Source of the DNA: Planctomycetota bacterium
GTDB taxonomy: Bacteria > Planctomycetota > UBA1135 > JAKEFM01
Reading direction: 5' to 3'
NCBI GenBank assembly: GCA_022616055.1
Contig: JAKEFM010000284.1
Coordinates: 18,636 to 82,635 of the forward strand
Length of the DNA stretch: 64,000 nt
The notes under the pieces are model-generated. The model did not search any database and had not been told where the DNA came from. It saw only the letters and a program-made list of their open reading frames with translations. Each line of letters opens with the position of its first letter. Position 1 is the first letter of the stretch. This document shows, piece by piece, positions 1 through 7,478 of this stretch. Both the position numbers and the translations under genes were made by a program.

Positions 1-364
1 CTGGAAGGGGGAGGCCCACTTCCTCGGAGTCGCGGCGATGGCCATGCGGCGCGTGCTCGTCGACCACGCGCGCGCCAAGAAGGCCGAGAAGCGGGGCGGC
101 GGGCGGGAGCGGGTCGAGCTCGACGCCGAGCTCCCGCTCGACCTCGGCGAGGAGATCGACCTCGTCGCCCTCGACCGGGCGCTCGAGGAGCTCGCCGCGC
201 GCTCCGAGCGCCAGGTCCGCGTGGTCGAGCTGCGCTTCTTCGGAGGGCTCGACATGAAGAAGGTCGCCGAGACGCTCGGCATCGCCCTGCGGACGGCGGA
301 GGAGGACTGGCGCGTCGCGCGCGCCTGGCTCTCCTGGCGGCTGCGCCGCGAGGTCGAGGGATGA
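1..364 (+). CDS. ECF-type RNA polymerase sigma factor, C-terminal part (5' end lies outside the window)
   Basis: The frame is open from base 2 with no start in the window. Translation WKGEAHFLGVAAMAMRRVLVDHARAKKAEKRGGG...VVELRFFGGLDMKKVAETLGIALRTAEEDWRVARAWL is the linker plus sigma-70 region 4 HTH of an ECF sigma. The TGA overlaps the kinase ATG (ATGA at 361-364). Confidence 0.85.
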   Translation, partial: WKGEAHFLGVAAMAMRRVLVDHARAKKAEKRGGGRERVELDAELPLDLGEEIDLVALDRALEELAARSERQVRVVELRFFGGLDMKKVAETLGIALRTAEEDWRVARAWLSWRLRREVEG

Positions 365-3300
365 GGGATCCCCTCTACGACCGGGCGAGCGAGCTCTTCC
401 TCGCCGTCTGCGACCTCGCTCCGGCCGAACGGGAGGAGCGCCTCCAGCGCGCGTGCGTCGGGGACGCGGCGCTCCTCGCCCTGGTGCGCTCCCTGATCGG
501 GGGGGACGCGCGACCCCTGGTCCGCCTCGACGCCCCGGCCCTCGGTCCGGGCCTGGTCGATCCCTCCTCGTGGGAGAGGAGCCTGCCCGAGCGCGTGGCC
601 GGATACCGCGTCCTCTCCCGGATCGGGGAGGGGGGGATGGGCGTCGTCTTCCTCGCGGAGCAGGAGAAGCCCCGCCGACGGGTGGCCTTGAAGTGCATTC
701 GCACCCCCTTCGCCTCGGACGAGTTCCTGAAACGCTTCGAGCGCGAGGCGGAGATCCTCGGGTGGCTCAACCACCCGGGCATCGCGCAGGTCTTCGAGGC
801 GGGCACGGCCCGGGAGAACGGCCGGCCCTTCCCCTTCATCGCCATGGAGCTCGTCGACGGGAGGCCCTTGACGGAGTTCGCGGAGGCGGCCGGTCTCGGC
901 GTCCCGGCGCGCCTCGAGCTCCTCGCGGAGGTCTGCGACGCGGTCCACCACGCCCACGAGAAGGGGGTCATTCACCGCGACCTCAAGCCGCGCAACATCC
1001 TCGTGACGCCCGAGGGACGGCCGAAGGTCCTCGACTTCGGCGTGGCCCGCGCCGTCGAACCGGAGAAGGGGGAGGGCGCGTGGCGAACCCTCTCGGGCGA
1101 GCTGATCGGCACGCTTCCGACGATGAGCCCCGAGCAGCTCTCCCGCGATCCCTCGCAGGTCGACACGCGCAGCGACGTCTACGCCCTCGGGGTGGTCGCC
1201 TTCGAGCTCCTTGCCGGGCGCCTCCCGCACGACGTGACGGGCCTGCCGATGGACGAAGTCGTCCTCGCGATCGCGCGGGAGCCCGCCCCGCGGCTCCGCT
1301 CGATCCGCCCCGATCTCTCCGGCGACCTCGAGACGATCGTCGCCAAGGCGCTCGAGAAGGAGAGGAGCCGGCGTTACGCCTCGGCCGACGAGCTGGCGAA
1401 GGACCTGCGGCGCGTCCTGCGCCACGAGCCGATCGCGGCGCGGCCCCCGACCCTGCTCTACCACCTCGGGAAGTTCGCGCGCCGCAACAAGGCGCTCGTC
1501 GCGGGAGCGGCCCTCGGGGTCGCCGCCCTCCTCGCGGGCGCGATCGTCTCCCTCGGCCAGGCCGCTCGCGCGCGGGCCGCGGAGCGGACCTCCGAGGCGC
1601 GCGCGGCGCTCGCCCGGCGCCAGGGCTACCGCGCCTCGATCGCCGCCGCGCAGGGCGCGCTCGAGGCCCACGAGCCGCGCGAGGCGCGCCGCTACCTCGA
1701 GGAGGCCCCCGAGGAGGAGCGGCGCTGGGAGTGGCGTCACCTCTGGGCGCTCCTCGACGGCGGGCTCGGGCTCGTCCCCCCAGAGGAGGGCACCCTCGCC
1801 GCCGCGTTCGCCGCGGATCCCGAGGCGGTGCTGACGCTCTCGCGCGAGGGGGAGCTGGTCCGCCGGAACCCCGGACTCGGCGAGGTGATCGAGCGGCGCC
1901 CGCTCGGCGCGGGACCCCTTCTCTTCGGCGACTTCAGCGCCGACGGCCGCACGGTCGCCGCGCTCTTCGGGGCGGGCGGGAGCCGGGCGGCGGCATGGGA
2001 GACGCGGACGGGGGAGCGGACGTCGAGCGAGATCGAGCTCGGCCCCTCCTCGTGGCTCGCCGTCTCGGACGACGGCACGCGCCTCCTCGTCCAGGACAGC
2101 CTCAAGCCGCACGGCACGCTCCGGGTGCTCGCGCTCCCGGGCGGTGAGGAGGTGGCCTCCGCGCGATTCGTCGTCCACGCCGCCCATCTCGGGCCGGGCC
2201 GGTTCGTCTTCGGCGACTCCTACTCGAACAACTACGTCCGGGAGGAGTCCGGCGCCCGCATCTATCTCCCCACGGGGATCTTCCGCCAGACGACCTCCAT
2301 CGCGTCGTTCGAGGGGAACGCGACGATCCTCCTCGGCCTGAGCAACGGCAACATCCTGGAGATGGACCCGCTCGCCCGCGCGCCGGTGCGTGTCCTTGGG
2401 GGACACCGCGCCTCCGTCTCCTCGATCGACCCCGGGGCCGATCGCCTCGTCTCGGCGAGCGAGGACGGGACGCTCCGCGTCTGGCGGAAGGGGGAGGCGA
2501 GTCCGCGCTCGACGCTCTGCGGGAGCGAGGGGCGTCCGCTCCGCTCGGCCGCGCTCTCGCCCGACGCGCGCCGGGCGCTCGCGGTCACCGACGACGGGTC
2601 GGTCCGTCTCTGGGACCTCGAGCGGGAGGAGGGGGCCCAGCGCCTCACCCTCCACACGAGTTACGTCTACGACGTCGAGTTCTCGCCCGACGGCGCGCGC
2701 CTCGCCTCCTGCTCCTGGGACGGATCGCTCCGGGTGTGGGACGCCGAGGACGGCGAGCCCCTCGCCGTCCTCGAGGCCGGCCACCCCCTCCTCGACCTCG
2801 CCTGGTCCCCCGACGGCGCGACCCTCGCGGCGGGTTGCAAGGTCTCCGGCATGCACCGCTGGAACGCCGACACGGGCGAGGCGCTCCCCGAGGTCAGGAT
2901 CCCCGTCGAAATGTGGGTGAGCAGCGTCGCCTTCTCCCCCGACGGGCGACGGCTCGCCGCGGGGCTGCGCATCTTCTCGCGCTCGTACCGGGACGGCCTC
3001 GTCCTCGACGCGCGGACCGGCGAGGTCCTCGCCGACCTCGAGGTGGGGCCGGCCGAGTTCGACGCCGACGTCGCCTTCGACCCCGACGGCAGGCTCCTCC
3101 TCTCGGCCTCGCCCGCTCTCGTCGCCTTCGACCTCGAGTGGAAGGAGGCGCGGCGCACGTCGCCGCTCCCTTCGCAGCCCAACGCGCTCGCCGTGCGGCG
3201 GGACGGCGGGCTGCTCGCCACCGGTCACCGGGACTCCCGGATCCGCCTCTGGGACCCCCGCACGCTCGAATGCCTCCGCGAGATCGAGGGGCACAGGGGG

Positions 3301-3726
3301 AACGTCTACGGTCTCGCCTTCTCCCCCGACGGCACGCGCCTCGCCTCGGGAGCGGACGACGGGACGCTGCGCCTGTGGGACGTCGAGACCGGCGAACCCC
3401 TCGCCAAGTTCGAGGGGCACGGCGACTACGTCCATGCGGTCGCCTTCTCCCCCGACGGCCGGCAGGTCGCCACCGCGTCGGGCGACGGGACGATCCGCAT
3501 CTGGGACACCGTTCCGGAGCGCCTGCGCCGGCGCGCCGGACGAGAAGGCGCCCGGCTGCGGGAGCAGATGCGCCCGCGCGTCGATGCCCTCCTCGCCGAG
3601 CTCGGCGACCCCGCCGCGGTCGCCGCGCGCCTGCGCGGGGACCCTTCCCTGGATCCTTCGGCGCGCGAGGAGGCGCTGCGGGTCGTGCTCGCCACGGCCG
3701 CGGGGAGGCGCGGCACCGCCCGTTGA
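361..3726 (+). CDS. Membrane-spanning Ser/Thr protein kinase with C-terminal WD40 beta-propeller repeats
   Basis: 1121 aa. Hanks kinase motifs are present: GEGGMGVV, VALK, HRDLKPRNIL, DFG, SPEQ. There is one TM helix (ALVAGAALGVAALLAGAIVSL). WD40 signatures are repeated, e.g. GHRGNVYGLAFSPDGTRLASGADDGTLRLWD and GHGDYVHAVAFSPDGRQVATASGDGTIRIWD. Confidence 0.93.
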   Translation: MRDPLYDRASELFLAVCDLAPAEREERLQRACVGDAALLALVRSLIGGDARPLVRLDAPALGPGLVDPSSWERSLPERVAGYRVLSRIGEGGMGVVFLAEQEKPRRRVALKCIRTPFASDEFLKRFEREAEILGWLNHPGIAQVFEAGTARENGRPFPFIAMELVDGRPLTEFAEAAGLGVPARLELLAEVCDAVHHAHEKGVIHRDLKPRNILVTPEGRPKVLDFGVARAVEPEKGEGAWRTLSGELIGTLPTMSPEQLSRDPSQVDTRSDVYALGVVAFELLAGRLPHDVTGLPMDEVVLAIAREPAPRLRSIRPDLSGDLETIVAKALEKERSRRYASADELAKDLRRVLRHEPIAARPPTLLYHLGKFARRNKALVAGAALGVAALLAGAIVSLGQAARARAAERTSEARAALARRQGYRASIAAAQGALEAHEPREARRYLEEAPEEERRWEWRHLWALLDGGLGLVPPEEGTLAAAFAADPEAVLTLSREGELVRRNPGLGEVIERRPLGAGPLLFGDFSADGRTVAALFGAGGSRAAAWETRTGERTSSEIELGPSSWLAVSDDGTRLLVQDSLKPHGTLRVLALPGGEEVASARFVVHAAHLGPGRFVFGDSYSNNYVREESGARIYLPTGIFRQTTSIASFEGNATILLGLSNGNILEMDPLARAPVRVLGGHRASVSSIDPGADRLVSASEDGTLRVWRKGEASPRSTLCGSEGRPLRSAALSPDARRALAVTDDGSVRLWDLEREEGAQRLTLHTSYVYDVEFSPDGARLASCSWDGSLRVWDAEDGEPLAVLEAGHPLLDLAWSPDGATLAAGCKVSGMHRWNADTGEALPEVRIPVEMWVSSVAFSPDGRRLAAGLRIFSRSYRDGLVLDARTGEVLADLEVGPAEFDADVAFDPDGRLLLSASPALVAFDLEWKEARRTSPLPSQPNALAVRRDGGLLATGHRDSRIRLWDPRTLECLREIEGHRGNVYGLAFSPDGTRLASGADDGTLRLWDVETGEPLAKFEGHGDYVHAVAFSPDGRQVATASGDGTIRIWDTVPERLRRRAGREGARLREQMRPRVDALLAELGDPAAVAARLRGDPSLDPSAREEALRVVLATAAGRRGTAR

Positions 3727-3985
3727 CCCTATCCCCGGCGATGGAACCAGGCGGCCGCGCGGGCGAGGCGGTGGGCGTTCCCGAGCGCGACGGCAGCGAC
3801 GCGCATCCGGCGCGGTGTGTCGCGCCTCTGGGCGAGCCATCCGGAGGCCAGCGCGAGCGGCAGGCCGCGGAGGACGGAGGACGAGGAAGGGGCTCAGCGC
3901 TCCGCCACGTCGGGAGGGCACGGGATCCGAGAGATGCGGAACGACCCCCGTTCCCGGGATGGCAGTGGGGAGGGAGACGGATCCC

Positions 3986-6900
3986 TCACCTCGTCGTCGG
4001 AGGCTTGTAGACGGGGGGCTTCCGCGGCGGGCTCTTCTTGAGGGCGTCCATCGCGAGCGACACCGCCTTCTCGAGCTGCGGGTCCTTCCCCGCGATCATC
4101 TCCTTCGGCCACTCGACGACCTCGACGTCGGGGTGGACGCCGACGTTCTCGACGGCCCAGTTCCCCTCGGTGTCCATGATCCCGAAGGAGGCCGCCGTCA
4201 CGCTCCCCCCGTCCATGAGAGGGGGATAGCCCGAGATGCCGACGAGGCCGCCCCAGGTCCGGGTCCCGACGAGGGGGCCGATCTCCATCTTCTGGAAGAG
4301 GTAGGGCATCGCGTCGCCGCCCGAGCCCGCCATCTCGTTCACGACCATCACCTTCGGCCCCTCGATCGTCCCGAAGGGGGAGCGGCCGAGCCACTCCTCC
4401 CGGTTCATCCAGTAGCAGAGGACTTTCCGGTCGAGGACCGAGACGACGTAGTCGGCGAGCTGCCCGCCGTGGTTGAAGCGCTCGTCGAGGACGACCCCCT
4501 CCTTCCCGAGCTGGCTGTAGAAGTCGCGGTCGAAGGAGACCCTCCCCTGGAATCCGGTGTCGGGCATGTACACGTAGGCGAGGCGGCCCCCGGAGAGATC
4601 CTCGACGCGCATGCGGTTCGCCTCGACCCACGCCCGCTTGCGGAGGGACTGGTCGTCCGCAACCGGGACGACGGTCGCCGTCCGCGGGTTCGAGCCGTCC
4701 GGTTGCTCCGAGAGGGTGAGCTCCGTCTGGCGGTCCGCCGTGTGGACGAACGCCCGCTCGAGGTTCTCGGCCCCGGTCAGGGGGACGCCGTTGACGGCGA
4801 TCAGGTAGTCCCCGACCCGGGCGTCGACGCCGGGCTCGGTCAGCGGGGCGCGGAGCCCCGGGTTCCAGTTCTGCCCCGCGTAGATCCGGGCGATGCGGTG
4901 GCGGCCGTTCTCGACGGCGAAGTCGGCGCCGAGAAGACCGACGGGCGCCTCCCTCGGCACCTCGGGCATCTCCCCCCCGCCGACGTACTCGTGACCGCAG
5001 CACAGTTCCCCGATCATCTCCGCCACGAGGACGTTCAAGTCGGAGCGGTGGCGGACATGCGGGAGGAAGGCGCTCCAGCGGTCCCACATCTTCGGCCACT
5101 CGATGCCGTGCATGTTGCGGTCGTAGAAGTAGTCGCGCTCGATCCGCCACGCCTCGCGCAGGATCTGCGGCCACTCCCGCTCGGGGTCGACGCGGACCTT
5201 GACCGCGTCGACGGCGAGCGCCTTCTTCTCCTTCGCCTCGAGGTCCGCGAGGGACCACCCCTCCTTGGTGCGGAGGAGGAGGCTCTTGCCGTCCGCCGAG
5301 ATCTCGTAGTCCGCGACCCCCTTCGCGACCTCCTTCGCCTTGCGCTTCTTGAACTCGAAGGCCTTGAGGACCGTCCCGATCCGGGGCCCGTCCCCCTCCT
5401 CCTCCGGCGCTTCCGCCTCGACGAGGAAGTAGAGCGCCTTCTCCCCGCACTGGAGGGAGCCGTAGTCCCCCTCGGGGAGCGGGAGGGCGAGGACCCGCTG
5501 GTCGAGGCCCTCGGCGTCGAGGGCGGTCTTCGGGGGCTCCTTCTTCTTCGGCCGCGTCTCGGGGCCCGGCTCCTTCTCCTGTCCCTCCTCCTTCCCCTTC
5601 TCCTCGCCTTTCCCCTTCTCCTCCTCCTTCGCCCCCTTCTCCTCGTCCTCCTCCGCGTCGCCCACCCCCTCGTCGCTCCTCGGCGCGACCGGGCTCTTCT
5701 CCCCCTTCCGCAGCACGCAGACGTAGAGGTTGCCCCGGCCGTAGCGCGCGGCGGAGGCGCTCATGTCGAGGCCGAAGCGGTTCGGCCCGCTCGCGGTCGA
5801 GGCCCGGAAGAAGAGGAACTTCCCGTCCCGCGAGAAGCAGGGGCCGTCGGCCGAGCCGAAGGCGTCCGTGACGCGCAGGACCTTCCCCGTCGCGACCTCG
5901 AAGAGGGCGACGCGGTCGTAGGTCGTCGAGGGGTCGCGCTGCTCGAAGGCGATCCACGCCGAGTCCCCCGACCAGACGCCTGCCGGCCGCACGACGCCGA
6001 GGGAGCCGGCGCTGCGCCAGACGTCGGTCAGGGCGCCCGTCTCGAGCGTCACGAAGGCGAGGCGGTTCGTCTTGTCGTTGAAGAGGATCCTCTTCCCGTC
6101 GGGGCTCCACTTCGGGTCGTGGAAGAAGGCGCCTCCCCCGAGGTCGAAGGCCTTCGCCTCCTCCTTCCCGAGGTGGTCGCGCACGAGGAGGCGGTACTCC
6201 CCCGAGGCGTCCGAGAACCAGGCGACCTTCGTCCCGTCGGGCGACCAGACCGGGTCGCGGTCGTGGGCGGCCGGAGAGTTCGTGAGGTTCCGCGCGTCGC
6301 CGTGCTCCCTCGGCACCGTCACGACCTCCCCCCGGGTCTCGAAGACGGCGCGCTTCCCGTTCGGCGCGACGGAGGCCTTCCGGACGGACCCCTTCGCGTC
6401 CTGCCAGCGCGGGCGCCCCTCGAGCCCGTCGCTCGGGCAGAGGATCGAGAGGCGGGTCGACTGGTTCTTCCTCGGGTCGAGGAGGTGGATCGCCCCTCCC
6501 CGCTCGAAGGCGATCGCTCCTCCCCCCGCCGACATGTTCCGCACGCCGAAGTCGCGGAAATCCGTCACCCGCGTCGCCTCCTTCCCCCCAGGCTTGAATC
6601 TCCAGACGTTCATGACGCCGTCGCGGTCGGAGGCGAAGAAGACCTCCCCGTCGACGAAGCAGGGGAAGGTGTCGGTCGCGACGACGTGCGGGACCTGCTC
6701 GACCTCCTTCGTCGCGCGGTCGAAGATCCAGATCGGCGTCGTCCGGCCGCCCCGGTAGCGCTTCCAGGTCCGGAACGCGTCGGGGACCGGGGTGTAGACG
6801 ATCTTCCCCTCCCCGCCGAACGTCGCCCGGAAGGCCCTCGGGATCTCGAGGAGCTCCTCCGGCCCGCCGTCCACGGAGACGAGATAGAGCCGCGCCACCT

Positions 6901-7354
6901 CGGCGCCGCCGAGCCTCGGGCTGGCGAAGAGGACGCGCTTGCCGTCGGGGTGCCAGCCCACCACGCGATCGCCCATCGGGTGCCAGGTGAGGCGTTTCGG
7001 CGTCCCTCCCGTCGTCGGCAGCACGTAGACGTCTGCGTTCCCCTCGTACTGGCCGGTGAACGCGACGAGCCGTCCGTCGGGCGAGAAGCGCGGGCTCGAC
7101 TCGAGCCCGGCGTGGCTCGTGAGCCTCCGGGCGGTCCCGCCCGCGCGGGAGGCGATCCACACGTCGTTCGCGTAGACGAAGGCGACCTCGGCCGCCGAGA
7201 CGGTCGGGTCCTGGAGGAGGAGCGTCTCGCCCGCGGCGGCCGCGGGGGTCGGGACGGGCGCCTGGACCTGGACCGCCGTCGCCGGCCGGGCGCAGGCGGT
7301 GAGGGCCAGGATGGCGAGAGGGAGGGAACGGACGGCGTGGTGGCGGGGCGACAT
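3986..7354 (-). CDS. Exported tricorn-protease-like S41 peptidase (beta-propellers + PDZ-like + S41 core)
   Basis: 1122 aa with a signal peptide (LPLAILALTACARPATA). Propeller segments repeat (SPRFSPDGRLVAFTG, DPVWSPDGTKVAWFSD, DPKWSPDGKRILFND). The C-terminal S41-like core reads GGQLADYVVSVL...VVNEMAGSGGDAMPYLFQ. It carries an E/K-rich low-complexity insert. Confidence 0.85.
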   Translation of the reverse strand: MSPRHHAVRSLPLAILALTACARPATAVQVQAPVPTPAAAAGETLLLQDPTVSAAEVAFVYANDVWIASRAGGTARRLTSHAGLESSPRFSPDGRLVAFTGQYEGNADVYVLPTTGGTPKRLTWHPMGDRVVGWHPDGKRVLFASPRLGGAEVARLYLVSVDGGPEELLEIPRAFRATFGGEGKIVYTPVPDAFRTWKRYRGGRTTPIWIFDRATKEVEQVPHVVATDTFPCFVDGEVFFASDRDGVMNVWRFKPGGKEATRVTDFRDFGVRNMSAGGGAIAFERGGAIHLLDPRKNQSTRLSILCPSDGLEGRPRWQDAKGSVRKASVAPNGKRAVFETRGEVVTVPREHGDARNLTNSPAAHDRDPVWSPDGTKVAWFSDASGEYRLLVRDHLGKEEAKAFDLGGGAFFHDPKWSPDGKRILFNDKTNRLAFVTLETGALTDVWRSAGSLGVVRPAGVWSGDSAWIAFEQRDPSTTYDRVALFEVATGKVLRVTDAFGSADGPCFSRDGKFLFFRASTASGPNRFGLDMSASAARYGRGNLYVCVLRKGEKSPVAPRSDEGVGDAEEDEEKGAKEEEKGKGEEKGKEEGQEKEPGPETRPKKKEPPKTALDAEGLDQRVLALPLPEGDYGSLQCGEKALYFLVEAEAPEEEGDGPRIGTVLKAFEFKKRKAKEVAKGVADYEISADGKSLLLRTKEGWSLADLEAKEKKALAVDAVKVRVDPEREWPQILREAWRIERDYFYDRNMHGIEWPKMWDRWSAFLPHVRHRSDLNVLVAEMIGELCCGHEYVGGGEMPEVPREAPVGLLGADFAVENGRHRIARIYAGQNWNPGLRAPLTEPGVDARVGDYLIAVNGVPLTGAENLERAFVHTADRQTELTLSEQPDGSNPRTATVVPVADDQSLRKRAWVEANRMRVEDLSGGRLAYVYMPDTGFQGRVSFDRDFYSQLGKEGVVLDERFNHGGQLADYVVSVLDRKVLCYWMNREEWLGRSPFGTIEGPKVMVVNEMAGSGGDAMPYLFQKMEIGPLVGTRTWGGLVGISGYPPLMDGGSVTAASFGIMDTEGNWAVENVGVHPDVEVVEWPKEMIAGKDPQLEKAVSLAMDALKKSPPRKPPVYKPPTTR

Positions 7355-7430
7355 GCGGTCGGACTCCGGAGCGAGGAGCGCGCCGGGGACTCTATCGCGA
7401 TCGCGCGGCCTGCAGAGGGCCAGGCTCCGG

Positions 7431-7457
7431 GGAACCCGATGTCACGGCGAAGGGGTC
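7431..7457 (+). promoter_or_regulatory. Candidate ECF-type promoter (GGAACC-N18-GTC) upstream of sigma-fusion gene 1
   Basis: GGAACC lies at 7431-7436 and GTC at 7455-7457, about 22 nt before ATG 7479. The spacing is one nt longer than in the better match at 51803-51828, and the -10 reads GGTC rather than CGTC. Confidence 0.3.
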
Positions 7458-7478
7458 CGCGGGATATTCCAAGCGACC

